From: an uncultured Pseudomonadota bacterium
Lineage (GTDB): Bacteria; Pseudomonadota; Alphaproteobacteria; RF32; CAG-239
Length of the DNA: 64,000 nt
Direction: 5' to 3'
NCBI GenBank assembly: GCA_902799835.1
Contig: CADCCF010000005.1
Location: forward strand, 193,722-257,721
In this document: positions 46,990 through 57,180 of the stretch, piece after piece
How positions within the stretch are numbered: position 1 is the first letter of the stretch
Layout: each line of letters begins with the position of its first letter
Translations under genes and position numbers: made by a program
Notes under the pieces: model-generated
Told to the model about the DNA's origin: nothing
The model's input: only the letters and a program-made list of their open reading frames with translations
Databases searched by the model: none

Positions 46990-47953
46990 AATTGTTATTT
47001 TAAGCATCGTTATCGTTTCAATGCTGGTAGCGGCATTTTTGGGTTTTATGGCTTGGAAGCAGGGGACACTACTGCAGGGAAAGTTGGTCTTTGCTAAATC
47101 GTTTGATGCCGGAAGCAAGGTTAATCATATCATCATAACCAACAAAGATGGAGTAATTGAGCTTAAACAAGTTGAAGGTTATTGGCGTCTGCCCAAGTAC
47201 AATGATTATTATGCTGATTTTGGCGTAATCAAAAACTTTTTTGATAACTTGAACAGTAGTGCTTATTTGGTAAAAGTTCCTGACGGTGATAAAAAATTGG
47301 CCGATTTTCTTTTGCTTAATCCGGTTGAAAACCTAGAAAATTCTGGTGCCGGTACCTTAATTCAAATTTATACCGATGATGTCTTGTTGGATTCGGTAAT
47401 CGTTGGTATGCGTGATACTGAAAAAGGCTATTTTTTAGCTCGGCATGCGGATTCTGATAATGTATGGTTGGTTGGCGGAAGTTATGATTTTCCCTCAGAG
47501 GTAAAGATGTGGCTGCCGTCACCGATATTGGAAATTCCTTTATCAGCCGTGGAAATGCTAGGGGTTGATGGAAATTTAATATCACGGCGCATGAGCATAG
47601 AAGATTTTCATGATCGTTTAGGTTTGAGCGTAAATGTAAGCTGGCTGTTCCATAATTTATCATCATTGGATGTTTATGGGGTAATGCCTGAGGATGAGTT
47701 TGTAGCTAAATATTCTGATGCCAAATTGGCTAAAATATATGATATATCGACTTTTTACGGACTTCGTTTTGAGCTTGACTTATACAAAACTGAAGACAAT
47801 CAAGCGTGGCTTAATATAAAATTATCGACTGACAGTATTGCCCTTTCGGCAGTTAGTGACTATATCAAAGACAACCTCTTTTTGTATGAAGGTTGGTATT
47901 TCCAAATATCACCGCGTCAAAGAGATTATCTGATGAGTTATACTTTGTTATAG
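46973..47953 (+). CDS. DUF4340-like periplasmic protein that usually accompanies GldG-type ABC systems
   Basis: An N-terminal TM anchor or signal is present. The gene context supports the assignment. Confidence 0.4.
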   Translation: MKKTAKIVILSIVIVSMLVAAFLGFMAWKQGTLLQGKLVFAKSFDAGSKVNHIIITNKDGVIELKQVEGYWRLPKYNDYYADFGVIKNFFDNLNSSAYLVKVPDGDKKLADFLLLNPVENLENSGAGTLIQIYTDDVLLDSVIVGMRDTEKGYFLARHADSDNVWLVGGSYDFPSEVKMWLPSPILEIPLSAVEMLGVDGNLISRRMSIEDFHDRLGLSVNVSWLFHNLSSLDVYGVMPEDEFVAKYSDAKLAKIYDISTFYGLRFELDLYKTEDNQAWLNIKLSTDSIALSAVSDYIKDNLFLYEGWYFQISPRQRDYLMSYTLL

Positions 47954-47967
47954 TTTTTTAGGAATTA

Positions 47968-49269
47968 ATGTTAAAACCGGAATTAAGTGCGACGAACTTT
48001 ATCGCTGATTTGTTCGATGGCGTCGTTATTGCTTTCAGCAAGAACGGTCAGGTGGTGTTTTATAATCATATGGCCGAGTATTTGTTTGATGGTTTGTCTG
48101 TATATAAAACTTTGGATGATCTGCTCAGTGGTGATGAGTTATCGGTTTTGCGTCACAATCTAAATATAGCTTTTTTTCAGCAACAACCAATGGACTTTTA
48201 TTGGATGCATAAAGAAAGGCTTTATTTGGTTGCGGCAAGGCAGTTTGTAGCTGATGTTTTTCTTTGTTTGCGTGACATAACTGAAATAAGGGCACAAAGC
48301 GATTTACTCAGGACTTGTTCGCGCCGCTTTAATCAAATTGAGCAGCTTTCTCAAATCGGTTATTGGGAGTTGAATATCACCCATAAGACTTTTTATTGGT
48401 CTGATGGTATGTACAATTTGTTTAATCTAAGCAAGCAAAATAAAAATTATCATCATAATATTATTCGCCATTTTATCCACCCAGATGATATAGATTTTTA
48501 TCGCCAAAGTTTGCGTAAACTTTTAATTCATAATCAAGCCATATCCGGCAATATCAGAATTTTTACCGATAACAATGTTATGAAAATCTGCCATTTTTCC
48601 GCCGCCAAAATTATGATTGACGGCGAAGAAAGTGCCTGTGGCATAATGCAGAACATAACCGATTATTGCCGCACTGATGAACTGAAATCACTCACCGAGC
48701 TTGCTCATTCCGTCAAACAACAAATCCAGGCCATAAAGTTGTTTAGCGATTCGCTTCCTTTCGATACCGGTAGCCAAATACGAAATCATATAGATATAAC
48801 AGCCGATTTGCTCGATCAAGCAGTTAAAAAATCGCGTGAAGACAATTCTGAACAATATATTGATGTCGAGGTATTTTTGCCTGAAATATGCCGTGAATTT
48901 GGTGCCATTGCCCAAGTAAAAGGGCTAAAGTTGATTTGTCGTATCAGTCCCATGCTTATTAGGGGAGATAAAAGACTATTAGAGCTCATTTTGCGTAATT
49001 TGCTTGATAATGCCGGCAAATTTTCCAAAAGTAAAATCATTGTGGCCAACAGTTCGAACAGTATTTGGGTGGCTGACGATGGTTGCGGTATTCCAGCTTC
49101 GGAACAATCTAAAATTTTTTCTTGTTATTATCATGGTAAAAATAGCTGTGGTTGGGGAGTCGGACTTGCCATGGTTTGTAATGCTGCCAAACAACTTGGT
49201 GCTGAAATTGCACTTAAATCAAGGCCTAATCATTACAGCATTTTTCGCTTAATTTTTTCAAAAAAATGA
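47968..49269 (+). CDS. Orphan sensor histidine kinase (PAS, HisKA and HATPase_c domains); no response regulator is adjacent
   Basis: HATPase motifs are present (NLLDNAGKFS, VADDGCGIP, GWGVGLAMV). Confidence 0.75.
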   Translation: MLKPELSATNFIADLFDGVVIAFSKNGQVVFYNHMAEYLFDGLSVYKTLDDLLSGDELSVLRHNLNIAFFQQQPMDFYWMHKERLYLVAARQFVADVFLCLRDITEIRAQSDLLRTCSRRFNQIEQLSQIGYWELNITHKTFYWSDGMYNLFNLSKQNKNYHHNIIRHFIHPDDIDFYRQSLRKLLIHNQAISGNIRIFTDNNVMKICHFSAAKIMIDGEESACGIMQNITDYCRTDELKSLTELAHSVKQQIQAIKLFSDSLPFDTGSQIRNHIDITADLLDQAVKKSREDNSEQYIDVEVFLPEICREFGAIAQVKGLKLICRISPMLIRGDKRLLELILRNLLDNAGKFSKSKIIVANSSNSIWVADDGCGIPASEQSKIFSCYYHGKNSCGWGVGLAMVCNAAKQLGAEIALKSRPNHYSIFRLIFSKK

Positions 49270-49333
49270 ATCCTTGCCAAATTAAAAAATAAATGTTAAA
49301 ACACAACTGATATTAAATATAAAACAAATAATT

Positions 49334-49642
49334 ATGAAGAATTTAAAAAAATATGCAGTCTTTGCCGTAGTTTTTTGGCTGATTGTCACTTTCTGCCTTA
49401 TCATAGCTTGTCACCACGGTTTGGAAATAAGTATCGCGATTTTCATATCCTTGTGTATTATCTGGGTGGGCTTAGCCGCCTTTTTGGTTTGGATTTTCGC
49501 CACCGATGGACGGTCAGCTTGGTACAATCGCACCACTCCCATAGGAAAAATCACCATAAGGATATTGTTGGCGTTCTATGCCGTGATAGCGATTGCTTTG
49601 TTGGCAGCAGGATTAAGGGAAATGATAGTTTTCCTTTTGTAA
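49334..49642 (+). CDS. Small 3-TM membrane protein (102 aa)
   Basis: Hydrophobic helices are present. Confidence 0.4.
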   Translation: MKNLKKYAVFAVVFWLIVTFCLIIACHHGLEISIAIFISLCIIWVGLAAFLVWIFATDGRSAWYNRTTPIGKITIRILLAFYAVIAIALLAAGLREMIVFLL

Positions 49643-49778
49643 AATTTAAAGAGCTTATGTCATAAAAGACAAAGCTCTTTTTTTGACAAAAATTATAAAA
49701 AAGACTTGCCAAAATGTTTTTTTAGTGGTTATATATAAAGCACAGAATTATAATTGTTAAATTAAATACATTAATATT

Positions 49779-50237
49779 ATGAAGAAAAATGAAAATCCCA
49801 TGGTCGTATTGACCAATTGTGTGGTTTTGGTGTGGCAGAACGTAGCCAATCCCGAAGTAAAGATTGCTCACAAGTGGTGGTTCAAGTCGCCGGCATGGGA
49901 GCTGTATTCCATCCGTTACGGGGGAATGGAGTTTTTGGTGAAGCCGGAGCTCAATTACGTGTGGAAGGAAAAACCTGAAACTCCGCGGGCTATCGAGCTT
50001 GAAAAGGCTTTGTCCGATGAGAATGCACGCAAAGAGATGGACACGGTTCTGGCATATAGCGGCTATCCTACTATTCACGGGTGCGTTATGCCGGTGAAGA
50101 ACGAAGGTCAGCTCTTGCCGGAGTGGACCGATGAGGCCTACTTCGCCAGTATCACCGTTTGGCCGCAGTACCGCTTCAATCTTGGATGCGGTAGTGGTTA
50201 CATCAAAGAGAACTGTCGTATTGTCAATCGTTGTTGA
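49779..50237 (+). CDS. Hypothetical protein (152 aa) with clearly elevated GC relative to its neighbours; followed by its own intrinsic terminator (50243-50266)
   Basis: Third-codon positions are GC-rich. A GTCGGGTGTAAACTCGACC hairpin plus T-run follows the stop. Confidence 0.45.
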   Translation: MKKNENPMVVLTNCVVLVWQNVANPEVKIAHKWWFKSPAWELYSIRYGGMEFLVKPELNYVWKEKPETPRAIELEKALSDENARKEMDTVLAYSGYPTIHGCVMPVKNEGQLLPEWTDEAYFASITVWPQYRFNLGCGSGYIKENCRIVNRC

Positions 50238-50365
50238 CATCAAAGGTCGGGTGTAAACTCGACCTTTTTCCGTTTTAAAATGCACATTTGTCATTAAAAA
50301 TATTTGCAAATTGTTCCAATCTATTATACCATACCGCCGTTGTATTAACAGTAAACGGATTATAA

Positions 50366-52129
50366 ATGTTTAAATCTCTTATCAAAAAATTCAAAAAAAC
50401 TGATCTTGTTATTAATTATTCCAAAATGTGGAAATATGTTAAGCCATACTGGGGCAGGGCTCTGATTGCTATGACCATTACTATTCCGATTGGAGCTATG
50501 GATGCGGTTATCGCCTGGGCCTTAAAACCTTATATGGATGTGGTAATGGTGGAAAAAGGTTCCAGCTATACAGCATATATTCCTCTGCTGATTATTGTTT
50601 TTACTCTTTTACAAAGTGCCTTCAACTATATTGCCACTTATCTCAATACTTGGGTAGGGCAAAAAGTTTCCATCGGCCTAAAGCTTGATTTGTATAAAAA
50701 ACTGTTGCGTTATAATGCGGCTTTTTTTGATCAACGGCATTCCGGCGATATTTTGATGCGTTTTAATGGTGATGTTGATGCCAGTTGTGGTGGCTTATTG
50801 GCCAACTTAAAATTGTTTACCACCCGTTTATTCTCATCTATATCATTGATTTGTGTTTTGTTTTACAATTCATGGCAGTTAGCTGTTGTTGCCGTAATAG
50901 TTTTGGGCGCAGCACTTTATCCGTTAACTACTGTCAAACGCAAAATAAAATCAATCACCACACAGAGTGTGTTCAGTGGTGCCGCCATCAATACCCAATA
51001 TAATGAGACCTACCAAGGTAATCGTATCATAAGTTCTTATAACTTGTACGATTATCAAGCCAAAAAATTCAGCGATAATTTGCATACTTGTTTCAAATTA
51101 GGAATCAAGATGATACAACGTACCGGTTTGCTTTCACCGATGATGCATTTTATCGTTTCGGTCGGTATCGCCGCCGTGATTTGGTTTGGTAGTCACTTAA
51201 TTGTTACTCAGGTTATAACTCCGGGTAACTTTGTATCATTTATTGCCGCGTTGATTATGCTTTATACTCCGATTAAGGCTATCGGTAATAATTTCAATTC
51301 CGTACAAATGGCTTTATTGGCGATGGAACGTGTTTTTGAGTTGATGGATGCTCAGCCGGCTATTACCAGTAAAAAAGGTGCTCCGAAACTGGAAAAAATC
51401 AAAAAAACGATTGAGTACAAGGATGTTTGTTTTGAATATATCAAAGGCAAACAGGTTCTTGATCATGTCAATCTCACCATCAAAAAAGGCGAAACAATAG
51501 CTTTTGTCGGTAATTCCGGTGGTGGTAAAACCACAATGGTAAACTTGCTTCCGCGCTTTTATGATGTGACATCTGGTGCAGTGATGATTGATGGAGTTGA
51601 TATTCGCGATTACAATCTTGATTCTCTGCGTGATAACATCTCGGTTGTGTTCCAAGACAACTTTTTGTTCTCCGGTACCATTCGCGACAATATTCTCTTG
51701 GGTAAAGAAAATGCCACCCAAGAAGAAATTGATAGGGCTGTCAAAAATGCCTGTTTGGAAGAATTTATATCTTCACTGGAAAAAGGTTTGGATACTGATA
51801 TCGGCGAACGCGGAACTTTGCTTTCCGGTGGTCAAAAACAACGTATAGCCATTGCCCGAGCCTTTATCAAAAATGCCCCGATTGTTATATTGGATGAAGC
51901 AACTTCGGCATTAGATAATAAGTCTGAAGCTGTTGTTCAACAGGCTGTCGATAATTTGATGAAAGATCGCACGGTGTTTATAATTGCCCATCGTCTATCC
52001 ACTGTACGCAATGCCGATAAAATTGTGGTCGTAAACTATGGTAAAATTGCCGAGATGGGTACTCATGAAGAATTATTAAAGAAGCCGGATTCAGTTTATG
52101 CTTCTTTATACAAAACACAGTTGAAATAG
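50366..52129 (+). CDS. msbA: ABC exporter, fused permease and ATPase (MsbA-like lipid/multidrug exporter)
   Basis: It has a six-TM N-terminal half. Walker A (GNSGGGKTT), LSGGQKQR and Walker B (ILDEATS) are present. Confidence 0.8.
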   Translation: MFKSLIKKFKKTDLVINYSKMWKYVKPYWGRALIAMTITIPIGAMDAVIAWALKPYMDVVMVEKGSSYTAYIPLLIIVFTLLQSAFNYIATYLNTWVGQKVSIGLKLDLYKKLLRYNAAFFDQRHSGDILMRFNGDVDASCGGLLANLKLFTTRLFSSISLICVLFYNSWQLAVVAVIVLGAALYPLTTVKRKIKSITTQSVFSGAAINTQYNETYQGNRIISSYNLYDYQAKKFSDNLHTCFKLGIKMIQRTGLLSPMMHFIVSVGIAAVIWFGSHLIVTQVITPGNFVSFIAALIMLYTPIKAIGNNFNSVQMALLAMERVFELMDAQPAITSKKGAPKLEKIKKTIEYKDVCFEYIKGKQVLDHVNLTIKKGETIAFVGNSGGGKTTMVNLLPRFYDVTSGAVMIDGVDIRDYNLDSLRDNISVVFQDNFLFSGTIRDNILLGKENATQEEIDRAVKNACLEEFISSLEKGLDTDIGERGTLLSGGQKQRIAIARAFIKNAPIVILDEATSALDNKSEAVVQQAVDNLMKDRTVFIIAHRLSTVRNADKIVVVNYGKIAEMGTHEELLKKPDSVYASLYKTQLK

Positions 52130-52137
52130 GAGAAAAA

Positions 52138-54726
52138 ATGAAAAAACAAGCAGAACCATCCGATCCTTTGGATAGCTTGATTAAACGCGTTAAAGCAGCG
52201 CAACAGATATATAAAAACTTTTCACAAAGTCAGGTTGATGCCATTTTTAAGGCAGCAGCCGCGGCTGCTGCTGCTCAGCGCATACCTTTAGCCCAAATGG
52301 CAGTTGGTGAAACCCGTATGGGCTTAGTTGAAGACAAGGTTATCAAAAATCATTTTGCTTCAGAATATATTTATAACAAGTATAAAGATGCCAAGACTTG
52401 CGGTATTATCAAGACGGATAAAACCAACGGAATTAAAATTTTGGCTGAACCTTTAGGGGTTATCGCCGGTATTGTTCCAACCACCAATCCGACCTCAACT
52501 GCCATATTTAAGTCATTGCTTTGCCTGAAAACCCGCAACGGCATTATCTTCTCACCGCATCCGCGCGCCAAAGACAGTACTATTGCTGCCGCTAAAATTG
52601 TCTATGATGCGGCAGTTAAGGCCGGTGCTCCTGAAGATATTATCGCTTGGATTGATGAGCCGACCTTAGAGGCAACCCATTTTTTGATAACTCACCCTGA
52701 TGTTGATTGTATTTTGGCAACCGGTGGCTCCAGTATGGTTAAGGCTGCTTATTCGTCAGGCAAACCGGCTTTAGGTGTTGGTGCCGGCAATGTTCCGGTA
52801 GTGATTGATGAAACAGCCGATATTGATATGGCGGTTTCCTATATCTTAATGTCCAAAACCTTTGATAATGGTGTGATTTGTGCTTCGGAACAGTCTGTTG
52901 TGGCTGTTGGCAAAATATATGACAAAGTCAAAAAGCAATTTGCTGCCCAAGGTGCTTATATCCTAAAACCATCTGAGGTTAAAAAATTGTCTAAAATAAT
53001 GTTGGGTACCAAAGGGGTAAATCCTTTGATAGTAGGTCAACCGGCTGGCAGAATTGCTGATATGGCCGGGTTGAAAGTTCCTGAAGGTACTAAAATTTTG
53101 CTGGTTGAGCAAGATGTCATATCCAAGGACAATCCTTATGCTTTGGAAAAACTATCTCCTGTGTTGACGATATATCGTGCTAAAAATTTTGAAGTAGCGG
53201 TTGATAAAGCACTTGCCTTGGTTGCATTAGGTGGGCTTGGTCATACTGCTGTGCTCTATACTGACACGCGCAGTCAGGATAGGGTGGATTATTTTGCCCA
53301 CAAACTTCCGACCGGACGCATTTTGGTCAATTCGCCTTCATCACAGGGTGGAATAGGGGATTTATTTAACTTTAGACTTGAGCCTTCATTGACTTTGGGT
53401 TGCGGTTCCTGGGGTGGCAACTCAGTCAGTGAAAATGTTGGTATCAAACATTTATTGAATTATAAAACCGTTGCCGAGAGGAGAGAGAATATGTTGTGGT
53501 TTAGAGTTCCGCCCAAAATTTATTTCAAACGAGGGGCGGTTGATACGGCTTTACGAGAACTCAAAGATAAAAAACGCGCTTTTATCGTAACTGATAAATT
53601 TTTGTTTGATTCCGGTGCTGTTAATACTGTTTCTAATCTTCTAGAAGAAATGGATATTGAATACCAGATTTTCTTTGACGTTAAATCTGATCCGTGTATT
53701 TCTACCATTGAAGATGCACTCAAAGCTATTAAAGTATTTAAGCCTGATGTATTTATCGCTTTTGGCGGTGGTTCACCGATGGATGCTGCCAAAATTATGC
53801 AGCTCAAATATGAACACCCTGAAGTATCTTTTGAGGATGTAGCTTTGCGTTTTATGGATATCAGAAAGCGGATTTGTTCCATTCCTGCTTATTCCAAATC
53901 CATGATGGTCGCCATTCCCACAACTTCGGGTACCGGATCGGAGGTAACTCCTTTTGCAGTTATTACCGATGACAAGAGCGGTATAAAATATGCTCTGGCT
54001 GATTATGCCTTAACTCCTGATATGGCGATTGTTGATGCTGATTTTGTTGATAATATGCCCAAAGGTCTGACCGCAGCCGGTGGTATTGATGCCCTTGTGC
54101 ACTCAATTGAGGCCTATGTTTCGGTTATGGCAACCAACTTTACCAATTCAACAGCTTTGGAAGCGGCTAAACAAATATTCCGTTATTTGCCTCGTGCTTA
54201 TAAAGAAGGAGTTAATGATCCGATTGCTCGAGAAAAAATGCATCATGCCGCCACCATAGCCGGTATGGCTTTTGCCAACTCATTTTTAGGATTGTGCCAC
54301 TCCATGGCGCATAAATTGGGTGCAACTTTTGATATTCCGCACGGAATTGCCAATGCCTTGCTCATTTCACAGGTTATCAAATACAATGCCGATGAAACCA
54401 AGCATAAGCAAACTATCTTCCCGCAATATCGTGTACCCGAAGCAAAAAAGCGTTATGCCCAAATTGCTGAAAATTTGGGTCTGAAAGGTCGTAATGATGA
54501 TGCCAAAGTCAAAGCTTTGATTGCGGCAATCGAGAAATTGAAAAAAGACATTGAAATACCGTCATCAATCAAGGCATGGGGTATATCCAAAAAGGATTTT
54601 GCCTATAAACTTGATTGGTTGGTTGAGAATGCCTTTGACGACCAGTGCACCGGTGCCAATCCGAGCTATCCTCTGATGGAAGACATTCGTCAGATTTACT
54701 TAGATGCCTTTGAGGGTAAGATCTAA
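52138..54726 (+). CDS. adhE: Bifunctional acetaldehyde-CoA/alcohol dehydrogenase
   Basis: An N-terminal ALDH domain and a C-terminal iron-containing ADH domain are present (GGGSPMDAAK). Length 862 aa. Confidence 0.9.
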   Translation: MKKQAEPSDPLDSLIKRVKAAQQIYKNFSQSQVDAIFKAAAAAAAAQRIPLAQMAVGETRMGLVEDKVIKNHFASEYIYNKYKDAKTCGIIKTDKTNGIKILAEPLGVIAGIVPTTNPTSTAIFKSLLCLKTRNGIIFSPHPRAKDSTIAAAKIVYDAAVKAGAPEDIIAWIDEPTLEATHFLITHPDVDCILATGGSSMVKAAYSSGKPALGVGAGNVPVVIDETADIDMAVSYILMSKTFDNGVICASEQSVVAVGKIYDKVKKQFAAQGAYILKPSEVKKLSKIMLGTKGVNPLIVGQPAGRIADMAGLKVPEGTKILLVEQDVISKDNPYALEKLSPVLTIYRAKNFEVAVDKALALVALGGLGHTAVLYTDTRSQDRVDYFAHKLPTGRILVNSPSSQGGIGDLFNFRLEPSLTLGCGSWGGNSVSENVGIKHLLNYKTVAERRENMLWFRVPPKIYFKRGAVDTALRELKDKKRAFIVTDKFLFDSGAVNTVSNLLEEMDIEYQIFFDVKSDPCISTIEDALKAIKVFKPDVFIAFGGGSPMDAAKIMQLKYEHPEVSFEDVALRFMDIRKRICSIPAYSKSMMVAIPTTSGTGSEVTPFAVITDDKSGIKYALADYALTPDMAIVDADFVDNMPKGLTAAGGIDALVHSIEAYVSVMATNFTNSTALEAAKQIFRYLPRAYKEGVNDPIAREKMHHAATIAGMAFANSFLGLCHSMAHKLGATFDIPHGIANALLISQVIKYNADETKHKQTIFPQYRVPEAKKRYAQIAENLGLKGRNDDAKVKALIAAIEKLKKDIEIPSSIKAWGISKKDFAYKLDWLVENAFDDQCTGANPSYPLMEDIRQIYLDAFEGKI

Positions 54727-54729
54727 TAA

Positions 54730-54768
54730 AAAAAGGTTCTTCAAGTTTCAACTTAAAGAACCTTTTTT
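54730..54768. terminator. Bidirectional terminator hairpin (AAGGTTCTT...AAGAACCTT motif)
   Basis: A 17-bp imperfect inverted repeat is flanked by A-runs and T-runs. Confidence 0.6.
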
Positions 54769-54770
54769 AG

Positions 54771-55283
54771 TTAGGGTTTGATAAAACGGCGAATTTTTGC
54801 TTTCAATTCACCACGTTCAAACGAGGCTTCGACATTTCCAGCCATTTGGCACATTTTGATGGTGTAGTAGGGATAGCATCTCCGTACTCCCGAATAATCC
54901 ATCAATGTGTGATACAAACCTGACAGTGGTATTCCGCCAACATGCTCAATTAACTTGTTCAGCGGAGAAATAATAGAGCCTAATCTCCTGAAGTCGTCCA
55001 AGGAAGGAACTTCATCTTTGGCACTTTCTTTCATAACCACCACATCAGTTTCACCCAATTCAAGATATCTTTCGTCATCTTTGAACGGGAATACGCCAAC
55101 CACATCAAGCTTGGTATTAGCATCGTTAACCGGAAGTCGACACACCTTATCTTTAACGCGTACCGCCAGATCAAACTTTTCATCAGGCGGTATTTTTCTC
55201 AGTGCTTCGGCAATATCTTTCAGTGATATGCCGTTATAGCACATTACCCTTGCTACCGAGTAGCAAATTGATGAGTTATTCAT
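54771..55283 (-). CDS. Unknown-family protein P1 (170 aa); conserved G[VI][FY]PFKD[DE]E core
   Basis: One of three tandem paralogs. Confidence 0.5.
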   Translation of the reverse strand: MNNSSICYSVARVMCYNGISLKDIAEALRKIPPDEKFDLAVRVKDKVCRLPVNDANTKLDVVGVFPFKDDERYLELGETDVVVMKESAKDEVPSLDDFRRLGSIISPLNKLIEHVGGIPLSGLYHTLMDYSGVRRCYPYYTIKMCQMAGNVEASFERGELKAKIRRFIKP

Positions 55284-55305
55284 AACGATATTTTTTTATT
55301 GGTTA

Positions 55306-55833
55306 TTATTCACGTTTGATAATGCCACCATAGCGGACCAAGGCCGGAGCCTTGTTGCCGGTTACTCGTGCGTTATAGGCAACATCTTTTGTCATCTCCA
55401 CCACCATGGGTATGGCAAAGCCTTCTACCGGATGAACATGGTATATGCCCTCGATTTTGGGCATATTAAGCTTGGCTAAGGCGTTGTTGAGATCCTGGCG
55501 CACCTCGCTGATCCGTTGCATAAACTCAATCTTGGGCAGACGATCAATGTCACATTGATCATTGCGCTGATAGGTTTCTTGCGTCGCGATGTAACAATCG
55601 CTATCCTTAAACGGGCAGATGCCGATAAGCTCCACTCCGGTAATATCCGTACTAAACGGTACTCTCATCAGCGTATCGTCTTGGTCTTTAACAACCAAAT
55701 CAAACTGCACTGATGCCGGCATGGCCTCGAAATGTTTCATAACGTCGGGAATCGACAAACCGTTTTCGCACAAGGATTTGACAATTGCATCTATGCCGTC
55801 ATACTTACCTTGCATTAATTTATACTTTTCCAT
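55306..55833 (-). CDS. Unknown-family protein P2 (175 aa); same family
   Basis: It is a paralog with the motif IGICPFKDSD. It has its own TTGACA-N17-TATTAT promoter upstream. Confidence 0.5.
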   Translation of the reverse strand: MEKYKLMQGKYDGIDAIVKSLCENGLSIPDVMKHFEAMPASVQFDLVVKDQDDTLMRVPFSTDITGVELIGICPFKDSDCYIATQETYQRNDQCDIDRLPKIEFMQRISEVRQDLNNALAKLNMPKIEGIYHVHPVEGFAIPMVVEMTKDVAYNARVTGNKAPALVRYGGIIKRE

Positions 55834-55935
55834 AATTATAAAAATTAAAAATTAAAAACTGAAAAGATAATATATCTTTATAAAATTTTGTCAAATAAAA
55901 AAGGTTCTTTAAGCGAGCTTAAAGAACCTTTGGGG

Positions 55936-57069
55936 TCATTGATGTTTCAAATGAATGGAGGTAATATACTCTAATTTACCATCGATAAATTGGTATTTCT
56001 TTTTTCCCAAATCCCAGTAATACCTGACATTTTTGGGGAAATTTTCAGCATCTTCGGGGGCAATGTCTTTTGTGGTTGCCTCTCCAAAGAAATGATGACA
56101 GATATCATTTCGAAAAACGAAGTATCGCCCTCGCAACGGATGCGCCTCGATTTTTTCTAAGGCCGAGTTTAGTAAAGATAGCACCTCATTAAAACGATCC
56201 ATGTCGCTTCTTTCCATCGAATCAGCAATGCCATCGGTGGTGCCGTATAAATACTCGTTTACATCCAAAGCTTTGTCCTCATCTTTGAAAGGATAAAGAC
56301 CAATGATGCGATCCTTAGCAAAGCTCTCGCGCTTGGCAAAGGGTACTCTGGCTAATTCACCGTTTTCCTTCACCATCAACAAATCAAGCGTTGCCTCAAA
56401 TGGCGTAACCAGTCCCATACCGTGTTTGATATCATACAGCGCTATCCCATATTCCACCATCAGATTGACAATTTCAGAGAGAGCATCTTCTTTTTTGATA
56501 TCAAAAGGTTGCACCTCAATGGTTTTGCCCTGATAGGGGGAAAGATAGTTTTGCGGTTTCATATACCGACGAACCATCGGGGAATGCCAATCAAGGTAAT
56601 ACATGTCAGTGCGCCAATTAAATGTAGCTATTGCCCTATAGCTTCCGATGCCGCGAACAACATACAGATCATTGTAAGGCTTAGCTGCAATATTTTTGAG
56701 TGCGACATTCAAAGGGGTAAGGACTTGATTAATCCGCTTAAATGCATGCTCATCAGGAATGTCTTGATTACCTTTTCCGCCCCATATGTCAGTCCATGGA
56801 AAAATGTTATAAACTGAATGATGTTTTTCTTCCAGTTCCAGAAAACATTCATCTTCTTTGAACGGGTAGATACCGATCACATCATTGCGATTAACACTCG
56901 CAACCTTGAGTGTTGGCACTCTTCTGACATACCCATTTTGATCTTTGACTGCCAGGTCAAACAGCCTTTCAGCCGGCATAGTTGACAACTGTTTTTCAAT
57001 CTCCGGTACCGAAATACTGCTACTACACATCAACTCAATGACTCTTTTAAAAGCATTTTGTGTTTCCAT
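55936..57069 (-). CDS. Unknown-family protein P3 (377 aa); tandem two-domain fusion of the same family
   Basis: Two repeats of the domain are present (VIGIYPFKEDE, IIGLYPFKDED). Promoter and terminator modules are duplicated with it. Confidence 0.5.
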   Translation of the reverse strand: METQNAFKRVIELMCSSSISVPEIEKQLSTMPAERLFDLAVKDQNGYVRRVPTLKVASVNRNDVIGIYPFKEDECFLELEEKHHSVYNIFPWTDIWGGKGNQDIPDEHAFKRINQVLTPLNVALKNIAAKPYNDLYVVRGIGSYRAIATFNWRTDMYYLDWHSPMVRRYMKPQNYLSPYQGKTIEVQPFDIKKEDALSEIVNLMVEYGIALYDIKHGMGLVTPFEATLDLLMVKENGELARVPFAKRESFAKDRIIGLYPFKDEDKALDVNEYLYGTTDGIADSMERSDMDRFNEVLSLLNSALEKIEAHPLRGRYFVFRNDICHHFFGEATTKDIAPEDAENFPKNVRYYWDLGKKKYQFIDGKLEYITSIHLKHQ

Positions 57070-57180
57070 AATTGTAATATTAAAAATTAAATAATTGAGC
57101 GTATAATATAACTTTATAAAATTTTGTCAAATAAAAAAGCTCCGCTGTTTTATGCGGAGCTTAATAAAAGCAAATTTAGC

